This document shows positions 38,315-48,832 of a stretch of DNA of 64,000 bases, in pieces. Below the pieces are notes generated by a model that searched no databases, had not been told where the DNA came from, and saw only the letters and a program-made list of their open reading frames with translations. This DNA comes from Sedimentisphaerales bacterium. Its GTDB lineage: Bacteria; Planctomycetota; Phycisphaerae; Sedimentisphaerales; SM23-30. The position numbers and the translations under genes are program-made. The stretch is taken from assembly GCA_963666285.1 (NCBI GenBank), contig OY762711.1. One strand, written 5' to 3'. Numbering within the stretch: position 1 is the first letter of the stretch; every line of letters starts with the position of its first letter.

Positions 38315-38842
38315 CTGCTGTTGTTAGCGTCTGATATTCAGTTTTTATAGAACGTTTTTATGTTAAAGACGAAGTTTTCGTCGTTGTTAAGTTTTATAGA
38401 GAGCTGATTTTTGCTGGTACTCATTTTTTGTCGGCTCTCTACAATTGGACGGTATGTCGAAAGTGCGCTGATTTATTTGGCGGGATGGTTGGCCCGAAGA
38501 TTTGTAAAGGGTTGGGGGAATGCGGGATAAGAATTTTGGAATAATTTTATTTTCGCGTTTTGGTGGTTGTAAAAACGAGATGATTTTTTTGAGAAAATCA
38601 GTGGTCAGGAATCAGGTTTCAGATGCCAGGGAAGGTTGCTCGCTACCGCTCGCGGCTGATTGATGGGTGACGGGAGGTAAGCGGAATATGTACGGGGCAG
38701 CGCGGCGGGTGGACGGCGGTGAAAAGGTAAATGGATTTGAGCGGCAGCGAATTGCGGGCCGCGGACAGTATACGGCGGAACGTTGAATGGGTGCGGCGGT
38801 ATACGGACGGGAACGAAGCGGAAGCGGGAAGACAGGTAAAAA

Positions 38843-38891
38843 GTAAGAGGTAAGAGGTAAGAGGTAAGAGGTAAGAGGTAAGAGGTAAGAG
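38843..38891 (+). repeat. Perfect heptamer array (GTAAGAG)x7
   Basis: Seven exact units just upstream of the IS left end. Confidence 0.95.
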
Positions 38892-38963
38892 TTGAGGTGT
38901 CTGGTCCTGTGATAAGTTGTCACATTATAGATTTAATGTTTTAACAAATAACAGGAGACAACA

Positions 38964-39383
38964 ATGTTGGTAAGTAAACGAACTTATAATCGCTACAGCG
39001 AAGCCTTTAAATTACAGGTGGTAAATGATCTTGAATCTGGTAAGCTAAGCAGTATTTATGAGGCTAATTCCCGCTATGGGATTTCTGGTACAACAACAGT
39101 AAAGAGTTGGCTAAGAAAATATGGCCGTAACCATTTGATACCAAAGGTGATACGCGTGGAAAAACTAGATGAACAAGATCATGTAAAGAAGTTAGAATCA
39201 GAGATTAAGCAGCTTAAAGAAGCGTTAGCAGACAGCCATATAGAGAATATTGTAAGTGAAGCCAGGTTTCAGGTTATTTGTAAAGAATACGGGCTGGATC
39301 CCGAGGAGTATAAAAAAAAAGTCGATACCAAACGGTTCAACAAGCGTCCGAGGCAACCGTTGAAAAGAAAGAGGAAAAAATAG
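38964..39383 (+). CDS. IS3 transposase OrfA (HTH)
   Basis: RYSEAFKLQVV…YGI…TV..W.RKYG and a coiled coil. AGGAG RBS; slippery A9G run at 39312-39321. Confidence 0.9.
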   Translation: MLVSKRTYNRYSEAFKLQVVNDLESGKLSSIYEANSRYGISGTTTVKSWLRKYGRNHLIPKVIRVEKLDEQDHVKKLESEIKQLKEALADSHIENIVSEARFQVICKEYGLDPEEYKKKVDTKRFNKRPRQPLKRKRKK

Positions 39384-40198
39384 CGATAACTTCCTTATGC
39401 AAAGCTGTTGGCATGAGTCGTCAGAATTATTATAAATCACATAAAGTTCGGCGCAGGCGGCACTATGAAAAAGACCTGATAATATCTTTGGCCAGGCTGG
39501 AAAGATCATTGCAGCCTGAGATGGGTTGCAGAAAGGTTTTGAAGCGTATAAAGCCCAAACTGGCAAAAGCCGGTATTAGTATAGGGCGAGATAGATTTTA
39601 TGAAACGATGTCAGAAGCAGATATGTTGATAGAGCGTAAAAAGCGAAGTGTGACAACGACAGACAGTCGTCATAACTTTAAGACTTATAAGAATATACTG
39701 AAAGATGAAGAGCTTACAGGAGCCAATCAGGCCCTGGTAAGTGATATAACGTACATATATACAGATGAAGGATTTATGTATCTGTCGTTGATAATGGATG
39801 CATTTAGTCGCAAGATAGTTGGCTATGACTGTAGTGATAGTTTGGAAGCAGAAGGTTGTTTGCGTGCATTAACAAAGGCGATAAAGCAATTGCCCAAAGG
39901 TAGTAATACGATACATCATTCAGATCGTGGCAGTCAGTATTGCTGCCATAGATATATAGATAAGCTTAAAAGAAATGGGCTGCGAGTTAGTATGACCGAA
40001 GATAATCATTGTTATGAGAATGCCCAGGCCGAGAGGTTAAACGGTATATTGAAGCACGAGTATGGATTGAAGAATACGTTTAAGAAAAAAGCTCATGTTC
40101 ATGCTGCGGTTAAACAGGCGATAGAACTGTATAATACCTGTCGTCCACATTTTGCTTTGGGATATCGTGTGCCTGAGGAAGTGCATATGGCGGCGTGA
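39314..40198 (+). CDS. IS3 transposase OrfB (DDE/rve), in the -1 frame relative to OrfA
   Basis: Frame open from 39314 (ITSLCKAVGMSRQNYYK), with VSDITYI, HHSDRGSQY and ENAQAERLNGILK.E. Confidence 0.92.
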   Translation, partial: KKSRYQTVQQASEATVEKKEEKIAITSLCKAVGMSRQNYYKSHKVRRRRHYEKDLIISLARLERSLQPEMGCRKVLKRIKPKLAKAGISIGRDRFYETMSEADMLIERKKRSVTTTDSRHNFKTYKNILKDEELTGANQALVSDITYIYTDEGFMYLSLIMDAFSRKIVGYDCSDSLEAEGCLRALTKAIKQLPKGSNTIHHSDRGSQYCCHRYIDKLKRNGLRVSMTEDNHCYENAQAERLNGILKHEYGLKNTFKKKAHVHAAVKQAIELYNTCRPHFALGYRVPEEVHMAA

Positions 40199-40312
40199 TA
40201 TATTCCTCCGTTCCGGTCGCCCTTCGGGCTCCCTGCACTACGGAATATATCATCAAAAAACAATAGTAAATAGAAACGGAAAGTGACAACTTTAAATCAG
40301 GACTTGACAAGG

Positions 40313-40510
40313 AGTCCGCTTCGCGGACAGCTTATTTTAAACGGCTAACGCCGAGCGACGGAAGGTCGTTAGAGATTAGAGCAGCTAAACAGCGGCGAGC
40401 GACCAGCTGCCAGCAGCGAGCAGATAAACTTCGTGCTGCGCACTGGGGCACATCATTGGACAAGTCCAATGATGTGAAGGTGTCGCTATGCGACCTGTTT
40501 TAAATAGTGT
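40313..40510 (+). repeat. Hairpin/heptamer cluster right of the IS
   Basis: GTCCGC TTC GCGGAC…TTTTAAA CGGC TAAC GCCG, CAGCNGC-type heptamers, a perfect palindrome CACATCATTGGAC AA GTCCAATGATGTG (40449-40476), and AAGGT GTCGC TAT GCGAC CTG TTTTAAA. Confidence 0.8.
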
Positions 40511-40676
40511 GCCGACCTTTAGTGCTTAGCATTCTCAGGGGTGAAGGATGTATTAAAAAACGGAATGAAATTGAAGAGTGCGGTGATATAATAACGAGTG
40601 CGTGGTGGGGTTAGGAAAGAGGTGCGGCGTGAAGGGGATTTTTAAGATTTTAGCGTAAGTTGTTATTTATGGATAT

Positions 40677-40835
40677 TGGGCAGACCAGATGCCGCGGAGC
40701 GGCATCAAAGAGTAAAGTGTAAAATAAAAAGTGTAAAGGAGGTGTTCGCCTGGCGGCTCACGGCTTGTTTTAAAGGTGACGAGTAAGTAAAGTTTATATC
40801 AATATTGTTTGCACCTGAAGGATGGGAAGAGTTAG
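40677..40835 (+). repeat. About 159-bp repeat, inverted copy of 23290-23447
   Basis: GATGCCGCGGAGCGGCATC AAAGAGTAAAGTGTAAAATAAAAAGTGTAAAGGAGG TGTTCGCCTGGCGGCTCACGGCTTGTTTTAAAGG, followed by (AGAAGTT)n. Confidence 0.92.
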
Positions 40836-41133
40836 AAGTTAGAAGTTAGAAGCGAGAAGAAAGAAGTTTTAAACGGTTCGTTCAGGGCATGGGTGACGGT
40901 TTATCTATCTTAATGTTTTTTCTGGCGGGGATGGTTGTTCTGGTCGCAGGCAGGGACGGGTGAGCTGCAATGTCGTTAACGATAGCGGTTGGTTGTGATA
41001 GGGACTGGCTTTTTTGGCAGATGTGGCTATAATAACCTGTTATGGTGCGAATGCGCACTTTTGACTGTTCAACGTTATCGGCAAAGGGTTGTTCAGTCTG
41101 TTTTTAAAATTTGCGAAGTACGAAAGTTTATTT

Positions 41134-42540
41134 ATGTTGAAGACATTTTATATAGAGACGATAGGTTGTCAGATGAACAAGCTTGATTCAGAGCTTGTAG
41201 TAGGTAATCTGCAAGATCTTGGCTATCAACAGGTTGCGTCGATCGAAGAAGCGAGCGTGATCTTGTATAATACCTGTTCGGTGCGTCAGCATGCCGAGGA
41301 TAAGGTGCTGACGAAGATAAGCCAGCTTAAGAAGCGTCATCAGCATGACCGTGATTTTGTTTTGGCGGTGATCGGCTGTATGGCCGAACGGCTGGGCGAG
41401 CAGCTGCTGAATGATTATCCGCAGGTTTCGATAGTAACCAGCCCGAGTAATATATATCATCTGGCGGACCTGATAGATCGTGCTTATAACGAGCGGGTAA
41501 GTGACCCGGAAAAGAAGCAGCTTGATAATCGAATAGTTGAGTTGAATGAGCAGGCCGACCCGGACGGGCTGGAGCGTTTGGATACTTATCGGGACCGGCC
41601 TGAGGTTGCTCATCCGTTTATGGCGTTTGTGCGTGTTATGCGCGGCTGTAATAATTTCTGCAGCTATTGCATTGTGCCGCACGTGCGAGGTCGGGAACGA
41701 TCGCGTCCGCCGCAAGCGGTGTATGATGAAGTTGTTCGGCTGGTGGATAACGGGGTGAAGGAGATAACGCTGCTGGGTCAGGCGGTGAATAAGTATCAGT
41801 TTGAGGCTGACGGTAAGATGCTGACGCTGGGCGATCTGCTGTATAAGCTGCATGATATAGACGGGCTGGAGCGTTTGCGTTTTGTGACGAGCTATCCGGG
41901 TAATTTTGATAAGCAGTGTATCGAGGCGATGGCGGAGCTGGAGAAGGTGTGTCCGTACCTGCATATGCCGGCACAGAGCGGTAGTGATGTAATGCTCAAG
42001 CGTATGAATCGTCATTATACAATCGCCCAATATATGGAGATAATCGATATGGCACGCGAGCTGGTGCCGGATGTGTCGTTTGCAGGCGATTTTATCTGCG
42101 GGTTCAGCGGTGAGACGGACGAGGATCATGCCGCAACTTTGGATTTGATCAAGAATGTTCGGTATAAGAACTGTTTTGCGTTCAAATATTCTGTGCGGCC
42201 TGGAACGACGGCTGCTGATAAGTTTCCGGATGATGTGCCGGACGAGGTAAAGCAGAAGCGGCTGGCGGAATTGCTGGCGGTGCAGAGAGAGGTGTCTTTG
42301 GAAGATAATGCCAGGCTGGCGGGCAAGCGGTTCAAGGTGCTGGTGGAAGGGTTGAGTAAGAGCCCGCACCTGGCGGCGAAGGTTGAGGGGATGGCAGATT
42401 CGCAGTATCCGCAGCTGATCGGCCGGACGGGTGGTGATCATATAGTAGTGTTTAACGGGCCGGAAAGTATGGCGGGTCAGATAGTTGAGGTTGAGATTGT
42501 GGATGCTTCGTCGCTGACTTTGTTCGGAAAGAAGGCATAA
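41134..42540 (+). CDS. miaB: tRNA-2-methylthio-N6-dimethylallyladenosine synthase
   Basis: TIGCQMN..DS, NTCSVR, GCMAE, radical-SAM CNNFCSYC, HMPAQSGSD and a C-terminal TRAM domain. Confidence 0.95.
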   Translation: MLKTFYIETIGCQMNKLDSELVVGNLQDLGYQQVASIEEASVILYNTCSVRQHAEDKVLTKISQLKKRHQHDRDFVLAVIGCMAERLGEQLLNDYPQVSIVTSPSNIYHLADLIDRAYNERVSDPEKKQLDNRIVELNEQADPDGLERLDTYRDRPEVAHPFMAFVRVMRGCNNFCSYCIVPHVRGRERSRPPQAVYDEVVRLVDNGVKEITLLGQAVNKYQFEADGKMLTLGDLLYKLHDIDGLERLRFVTSYPGNFDKQCIEAMAELEKVCPYLHMPAQSGSDVMLKRMNRHYTIAQYMEIIDMARELVPDVSFAGDFICGFSGETDEDHAATLDLIKNVRYKNCFAFKYSVRPGTTAADKFPDDVPDEVKQKRLAELLAVQREVSLEDNARLAGKRFKVLVEGLSKSPHLAAKVEGMADSQYPQLIGRTGGDHIVVFNGPESMAGQIVEVEIVDASSLTLFGKKA

Positions 42541-42612
42541 GGCATACGGGATCTGGCATAAGGGAAGGTTTCGGCTTCGCCGAGGTTGTTTAAATCGCCT
42601 GGCGGCGAAAAC
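42534..42612 (+). repeat. Composite heptamer-hairpin element overlapping the miaB stop
   Basis: GGCATAA GGCATAC GGGATCT GGCATAA GGGAAGG TT TCGGC TTC GCCGA GGTTG TTTAAA TCGCC TGGC GGCGA. Confidence 0.75.
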
Positions 42613-42641
42613 TCAATTACTAATAGAATTGGATTTAATTA

Positions 42642-43421
42642 ATGAAATTAAAATATGTGATAATTGTATATGTGGTGCTGTCGCTGGTTATGATTATTGC
42701 CTATATATCTTCGCCAAAACAATGGCGAGGTTCAATTAATACAGTAATGAATTGGGTCGAGATTACAGATAATCTAGGGTTAATTGAAGTTTATGATTAC
42801 GAAGTAAATGATGGTGTGTGGGGACTTGGCGATTATACCTGGACAAAATGTGATGTTAATTCATATGGAGTGAGTGATGAATTAGTTTTTGGTGAAACTC
42901 GAGATGGCAAGTGGTATATTTCTTATAAAGAAAGAACAAGATTCTTTGAGTTTGATAGTGAGTTAAAGGATATATTATTATTTGACACTGAGGGGGAGTT
43001 CAAAGAAAAGTTAGCTGAGTTTGGGATTGAAGAATTCAATCTTCTAGATCCAGAACAAGTGAAGTTGACAAGAACAGATCAGGAGCTGCATCCCTGGTAT
43101 TATGATACGATGAGAGGGTTGTTTGGTTTTTCTGACCCAGGTTGGGGATTATTATTTACAGCTATTGCAATTGTGATCAGCTATTTGGGAGGTAGGCATA
43201 TCAAAAGCGGTGATGGTACAGAAAGTATTTTGTTGATAAGCTATGTGTATTTAGGTGTGATCTTTGGTGTCTTCTGGGTTAATTATTTTGATCCGAGTGG
43301 TGGGGCATTTTTGTTTTTGGGGATATCAGTGTTGTTGTGTTACATGTCATATAAGATGGGTTTGAAGGGGAAGAATAAGAGGGAGAAGAAGGTATTGGGA
43401 GATGCGACTGCGGCAGACTAA
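42642..43421 (+). CDS. Hypothetical membrane protein
   Basis: N-terminal TM and three C-terminal hydrophobic segments. Confidence 0.7.
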   Translation: MKLKYVIIVYVVLSLVMIIAYISSPKQWRGSINTVMNWVEITDNLGLIEVYDYEVNDGVWGLGDYTWTKCDVNSYGVSDELVFGETRDGKWYISYKERTRFFEFDSELKDILLFDTEGEFKEKLAEFGIEEFNLLDPEQVKLTRTDQELHPWYYDTMRGLFGFSDPGWGLLFTAIAIVISYLGGRHIKSGDGTESILLISYVYLGVIFGVFWVNYFDPSGGAFLFLGISVLLCYMSYKMGLKGKNKREKKVLGDATAAD

Positions 43422-43672
43422 GAGTTGGTGAAAGCAGGTCCTATAACAGTTGGGTGTTTCAATAGTGTTTCAGGCTGGTGATGGTGTAATGGTTGGTTAA
43501 TATCTGTATGGTTATATTAAAGGTAAGTATTTCATGTGACGATATTTAGAGGAGAAGAACGTATACCTTGACAATTATCGAGCGGTAGTATCAGGCGAGA
43601 CTTATACCTGAAGAAAACGTTAAAAGATAAATGTTATATGTAAAGGTTGTGAGTATATTAGTATAACCATTT

Positions 43673-46600
43673 ATGATCAGGATATTTATGAAGAATAGAG
43701 ATTCAAGAAGTTTAGTTAAATCCGGTTCAAGTCTGACATTGGAGTCATTGGAGAGCAGGGTTCTGCTGAACGGTTCAACGTATCAGCCTCATTTTGATTC
43801 GATCGAAAGATTTGAGATAGGTGATGATGTAAGTGGTATAATGATAAAAGACCTGGACTATGCCAGTGATGGCGGAATAGTCTTGTCCGGTCAGGGATTT
43901 TATGGCGGTGTGGACTATTTTGTCTTTGTTACCAAGATAAAAGAGGACTTGTCCGGCGTAGAATGGACTGTTGATCTAGGTTCGAGGCACCTTGGTGATA
44001 TCGAAATAGATTCGTCCGATAATATCTGGGTGTCAGCGGGAGGTGATCCTGTGGTATTAAGCTCTGATGGAAGTATAATATCAGAGATTGACCTGGTTGA
44101 TAATTTGTATTCTAACCCGACTAATAAAGGCCATTACTGGACAGCTAACAGCGGCGGTTTGACACCAACGTCTGATGGCGGAGCTTATGCATTTACCCGT
44201 ATTTCGGAATGGGAATACAGCGCGGAGTATCCAGATTACCCGATTAACCAGCAGTCACTTTACGGAATCTCGTATATATCATCGGATAACAAGATGGAGA
44301 TAGTTGCCCGATATGAAGATTACGATAGTTATTATGATTATTATTCGTATAGTGACACAGCGAAGATACCATCAGCAACGGAGATATATTTCCCGCTGAC
44401 CTACCAGGTTGATGACGGTATCTATACCTTTGATGCAAGCGGTGAGCTAGAGCTGATAAGTACAATTGATTATTCAGTGTCGAATGCCGAGGTAGGCAGT
44501 AACGGCGATTATTTTGCAGTTGGCTATTCTACCGACAATAATTATCGAAACACGGGCTATATACAGAAATATGATGAAGGTTCACTGGTATGGACGAGGA
44601 ATATCACAGATGCTACGGTTACAGCCGTTAATATCAGTTCTGACGGGACGATATATGTTTTTGGCCTGGCTTCGACCTATGCAGATTATGAAGAAGTAAA
44701 CCCGATAGAGAGTAATTACAGCAAGAGCCTTTCATATCATGTAACAGCTTATAATTCAGGCGGCAGTTTACTGTGGAGTTCGTGTTTGCCGGTGCCTAAC
44801 GATTATGATTATTCAGATGAATTCTGTGTTGAGGCGATAGCGACCAGTGCTACCGGTGATGTTGCGTTAGCGGCAGTAGGTCAGGGTGATCTAGACGAAG
44901 CTAACTGGGTTTATGACAGCTATATAAGCTTATATACGATATCGTCGGATGCATTGGAGGGACCGACCGGTGAGCTGGCAGCGAATTATGATGAGGTAGG
45001 TTATGCGTATACCGATGAATTGAACGAGAACGGGTATCTAGACCTGATATTGAACGGAGCGGATAAGAAGACAGTGACCGGCGATGAGCTGGAGCTGAGC
45101 GGCAGCGGAGCTGAAAGTGTAACGGTTTCTGGAAAGCCCAAGCTGATAGATTCAAGTACAAATACCTATAGATATACCTTGTCGGGAGAGTTTAGTGATG
45201 GTCCGGTGAGTGTGACTATCCCGTCGGGCAGTTTCGAGAACACTAACGGAGTGGCCAATGCCGAGACGGTGTCTGTGTTTGCCTCGTTTCCAAATCTGAA
45301 GCTGCTGGATATCAGTATCGAACCGGATGATTTTACCTGGGATAGCAGTGATAATCGATTTGAATATAGCGGTACGGTATCAATTGGGCCGGACGCGAGT
45401 TTGACAGGCGGCGTATTTAAGCCGGAGCTAACGGTTGAAGGTAGTCTGAATATTGATTCCGAGAAGCTGTCTGCTGAGGGAGTTGTGACAACGTCGGTTA
45501 CCGGCAGCAGCCAGGGACTGATGAACGGCAGTTTTGAAATATTGATTAATCAGGATACGACATATTATGTCCAGGATACAGATGCTTCGGTATCATCTGA
45601 GTTGACGATAGCAGGTCAGTATCTAAGATACAGTTCGATGAAGATAGGCGTGAGTAACGGTGCCGCTAAGCTGGACTTGCAGGGCGATATAAAACTGCCG
45701 ACCGAGTTCGGTTCGAATGCTATCACATTGTCAGGCGGTCAGTATCTGTCACTGACGGCGTCAGGTAAGTCGCTGAATGGAGCGACGATGACCTTTGATG
45801 ATGTGGAGATAGATCTGCCGTATCTGAATCTGACAGCGGAGCAGTTGTCGGTCGAGTATGTAGCGGCAGCGGGTACCCAGCCAGAGGCATTGAGGTTCCG
45901 CGGTAAGGTCGTGCTTCCGGAAGTGTTTGATGCAACAGCAGAGTTTATAACCGATACTTATGCCGGGACAGACGGGTATATAGAGGTTTCGGCCAGCGAT
46001 ATAAAATGGTACGGCAAGCTCAGTATAGGCGAGATTGTTATAGTAAAAGACCAGTGGGTAATAAAAGAGGCGTCGCTTGAGGTTCGTGATGTTGCCGGGG
46101 TCGGTATGAGCGTGCAGGGTGACGGTATCTTTACTGTTCCGCCGGGAATGGATATAATTTGCGGGCTTGGTTTTGTAAACGAGGAGCTGAACTATGTGAA
46201 GCTTGGAGTTGATGGCATCGAGCTGCCGATAGGAACGACAGGCGCGTTTCTACAGAGTATTAATGGTTATGTGAACAATATAGCGGATAAGGACGCCACG
46301 AAAATACAGTTTGGCGGCGGGCTGGGCTTTAGTGCCGGTAAGAAGATAGAGATAAGTCTGCCGGATTGGGCGGGCGGCGATCTGGAAGGAGCGTTAGCGG
46401 AGTTTGCGGTTGATGGCGGTTTTACATTTGAGCAGCTAACGGGTTCGGGTACGGTCAAAGTCGTAGGCGGGCTGGTAGAGGGAGCTGCGAATGCGACGTT
46501 GAACTGGGAGAAGGGTACGCTGACCTCGGCGTGTACTGCGACGGCGTTGAATAACCTGCTGACAATTAACGGTACGATGAAAGCAGATTCGAAGATGAAT

Positions 46601-48832
46601 TTGAATATGATCGGAACCGGCAGTGTTGCAATTCCTTCGATTATCCCGATATGGGGCGGTCAGAATATTGGTAATGGCACCACAGTATTTAAATTTACCA
46701 ATGATGATGATTACTCAAATGATTATGCTGCGGGTTGGGGTACAACGTCGATAACCGCATTTGGCAAGAAGTATGATTTCACAATCGGTATAAAGGTTAA
46801 CCTGGACGGCAGCTACAGTTTCCTGGGTGGTAAGGAAGCGGCCCAGGCCCAGGCCGGAGCCAAGAGCAGTTTGACAAAAGCATATAATAGTAAAGCGATT
46901 AATACAGTATCAACGGTTTATACAGCAGAGGAAGATGCTGACTGGCTGCTGATTAATGCTAGCTGGGACAGCGGCAGTGTTGCCGAGATCCTGCTGACAG
47001 CTCCTGACGGGACCGTTTATGATGAGGTGGCTATTGATGCCAGCGATTTTATAATGGTTGTAGATGATCTATCATCAAACGGCAGTAAGGTGCTATTGAT
47101 AGATTCACCGGATGCCGGGAGCTGGACATTGACAGTTCAGTCAAATGACGATCTCGGCAATGTTGATTTTAATGGGTACGAGCCAGCCGAAGGTTCGGAG
47201 GTTGCCATTGATTCGGCGGTAGTAAATGCGTATACGAGTAAAGTCAGTATACAATATACCGGCGGTTCGGAAGTTTCGTTCTATTATGATACTGATGGCG
47301 AAGGAAATGACGGGATACTGATAGGTACAGAGTTGGCAGACGGGAGCTATAGTTGGGACACATCGTCGGTTGCGGCCGGAACATATTATATTTATGCAAC
47401 GACAGCCGGTGAGGGTGATGTGCCGTATGTGAGTTATTATGCCGAGCCGGTGGTGATAGAATCATCATTGCCGACAACAGAAGTTGCAATAGGTACCGGC
47501 GGTGCGTCAAAAGTGCAGTATGTTGACAGCGACGGGACGGTAGTTTCAATAGCGGTGAAATCGGCAGCGGCAACCCTGTCATTTGTAGGTGACAATATAG
47601 TTGTTGATGGTAGTAAAAGCGTTATAGTTTCTGGTGATAATCTGCTGCTGAACGAAATGTATGTGACAGAGAGCAGCGCGGCAAGCTCTATAGCAATTTC
47701 GGCCAAAGGCGGCAGTGATAATTCGGTAGATATCGGCGATATAATTTCCGGTTCGCTGAAGAGTATTTCCGGTAAGGGCGTTAATCTTATCGGTAATATC
47801 GGAGTTGCCGGCAGCCTGGCAAGTTTGAGCTGGGGAGATATTTCGGATAACAGTGAGGTGATAGTTGCCGAAGCCGGAAGCGGTTGCACGGTAAAAGCGG
47901 GCAATATCGGCGAGAACGTAGAGATCAGTATTTTGGATACGGTTAAAAGTGTCGCGGTGCTGTCATTTGGTTCAGGTGAAGTTAACAGCCTGGAACTGGG
48001 TAAATTCAGTGTAAAAGAAGGTGATGTCGATGTAGATGTCTTGACAACTACTGGTGGAATTGGCGGAATAGCAGTTAGCGGAGATTTGTCAGGAGAGATT
48101 TTGTCAACCGGTCCGGTAAAAGCGGTTGCAAGTAAGAGCGGGACGATCAGCAGCTATATTATTTCCTATGAAGGTATTGGCAAAGTTAGTGCGTATGCAT
48201 TTGATCATGCGGCGATATACGGTACGTCAGTCGGTTCGGTTAGTTGTAAAGGCGAGATGGGTACCTCGGTAATATTTACAACAGAAGGTGATCTGGGTGC
48301 GGTAAAGGCCGGCGGCGATATTGATTTGATAGCTTCAATCAACGGTACTATTAAATCTATCAGCACTAAAGGAGATATCAGCGGTCGGATAGATGCGGTA
48401 AATGAGATAAGTAAGATATCAGCTAACAATATGTCAGGGGCAAAGGTTTGCTGTTTGAATAATATCGGTGCTATCTCGCTTGCAGGCGATATGATTGATT
48501 CCTGGATATTGTCCGGTTACAGTCTGGGCGATGATACCAGGCCGGGCAGTGATGATGTGTTTGGCTCCGGCGATATCAAGAGTGTATCTGTTAAGGGAGT
48601 ATATAGCGGTAGTGTAATTTCAGCCGGTAAGCTGCCAGATATTTCAGCATTAACTGATATTGGTAATATCGATTTACCTTACGAACTTAACGGTTCAATC
48701 GGGTCGATAAAATTCGGCAGTGTTGCTTATGATGCAGACAGTGTTTTTGGCATATTTGCGGCAGATGGAATAAAGTCAGCTAAAGATGGCAATGCCAATG
48801 CCGAGACAAACGGCAATTTTATTGTTGGTTGA
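43673..48832 (+). CDS. Large planctomycete extracellular protein (LEPR-XLL N-terminal motif)
   Basis: LESLESRVLL motif and no classical signal peptide. Beta-rich Ser/Gly/Thr domains, with C-terminal YVDSDGTVVSI and repeated IKSI/IGKV-type beta units. Confidence 0.8.
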   Translation: MIRIFMKNRDSRSLVKSGSSLTLESLESRVLLNGSTYQPHFDSIERFEIGDDVSGIMIKDLDYASDGGIVLSGQGFYGGVDYFVFVTKIKEDLSGVEWTVDLGSRHLGDIEIDSSDNIWVSAGGDPVVLSSDGSIISEIDLVDNLYSNPTNKGHYWTANSGGLTPTSDGGAYAFTRISEWEYSAEYPDYPINQQSLYGISYISSDNKMEIVARYEDYDSYYDYYSYSDTAKIPSATEIYFPLTYQVDDGIYTFDASGELELISTIDYSVSNAEVGSNGDYFAVGYSTDNNYRNTGYIQKYDEGSLVWTRNITDATVTAVNISSDGTIYVFGLASTYADYEEVNPIESNYSKSLSYHVTAYNSGGSLLWSSCLPVPNDYDYSDEFCVEAIATSATGDVALAAVGQGDLDEANWVYDSYISLYTISSDALEGPTGELAANYDEVGYAYTDELNENGYLDLILNGADKKTVTGDELELSGSGAESVTVSGKPKLIDSSTNTYRYTLSGEFSDGPVSVTIPSGSFENTNGVANAETVSVFASFPNLKLLDISIEPDDFTWDSSDNRFEYSGTVSIGPDASLTGGVFKPELTVEGSLNIDSEKLSAEGVVTTSVTGSSQGLMNGSFEILINQDTTYYVQDTDASVSSELTIAGQYLRYSSMKIGVSNGAAKLDLQGDIKLPTEFGSNAITLSGGQYLSLTASGKSLNGATMTFDDVEIDLPYLNLTAEQLSVEYVAAAGTQPEALRFRGKVVLPEVFDATAEFITDTYAGTDGYIEVSASDIKWYGKLSIGEIVIVKDQWVIKEASLEVRDVAGVGMSVQGDGIFTVPPGMDIICGLGFVNEELNYVKLGVDGIELPIGTTGAFLQSINGYVNNIADKDATKIQFGGGLGFSAGKKIEISLPDWAGGDLEGALAEFAVDGGFTFEQLTGSGTVKVVGGLVEGAANATLNWEKGTLTSACTATALNNLLTINGTMKADSKMNLNMIGTGSVAIPSIIPIWGGQNIGNGTTVFKFTNDDDYSNDYAAGWGTTSITAFGKKYDFTIGIKVNLDGSYSFLGGKEAAQAQAGAKSSLTKAYNSKAINTVSTVYTAEEDADWLLINASWDSGSVAEILLTAPDGTVYDEVAIDASDFIMVVDDLSSNGSKVLLIDSPDAGSWTLTVQSNDDLGNVDFNGYEPAEGSEVAIDSAVVNAYTSKVSIQYTGGSEVSFYYDTDGEGNDGILIGTELADGSYSWDTSSVAAGTYYIYATTAGEGDVPYVSYYAEPVVIESSLPTTEVAIGTGGASKVQYVDSDGTVVSIAVKSAAATLSFVGDNIVVDGSKSVIVSGDNLLLNEMYVTESSAASSIAISAKGGSDNSVDIGDIISGSLKSISGKGVNLIGNIGVAGSLASLSWGDISDNSEVIVAEAGSGCTVKAGNIGENVEISILDTVKSVAVLSFGSGEVNSLELGKFSVKEGDVDVDVLTTTGGIGGIAVSGDLSGEILSTGPVKAVASKSGTISSYIISYEGIGKVSAYAFDHAAIYGTSVGSVSCKGEMGTSVIFTTEGDLGAVKAGGDIDLIASINGTIKSISTKGDISGRIDAVNEISKISANNMSGAKVCCLNNIGAISLAGDMIDSWILSGYSLGDDTRPGSDDVFGSGDIKSVSVKGVYSGSVISAGKLPDISALTDIGNIDLPYELNGSIGSIKFGSVAYDADSVFGIFAADGIKSAKDGNANAETNGNFIVG

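Larger units (their letters stand above)
38898..40309 (+). mobile_element. IS3-family insertion sequence (1412 bp)
   Basis: TG…CA ends with imperfect IRs (TGTCTGGTCCTGTGATAAGTTGTCAC / GTGACAACTTTAAATCAGGACTTGACA), a 3-bp direct repeat AGG (38895-38897, 40310-40312), and orfA/orfB. Confidence 0.93.

Noticed and set aside
38843..38891. Tandem repeats considered as a CRISPR array
   Set aside because: The 7-nt units have no spacers, and there are no 23-50 bp repeats with unique spacers or cas genes in the window.
38612..38923. 103-aa ORF with LLPLTSY repeats (and the similar 5053..5241 ORF)
   Set aside because: Translations of heptamer arrays, and the first ORF crosses the IS end; unlikely to be genes.
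41188..42441. 417-aa antisense ORF opposite miaB
   Set aside because: Shadow frame caused by the strongly skewed codon usage of miaB; no protein-like motifs.
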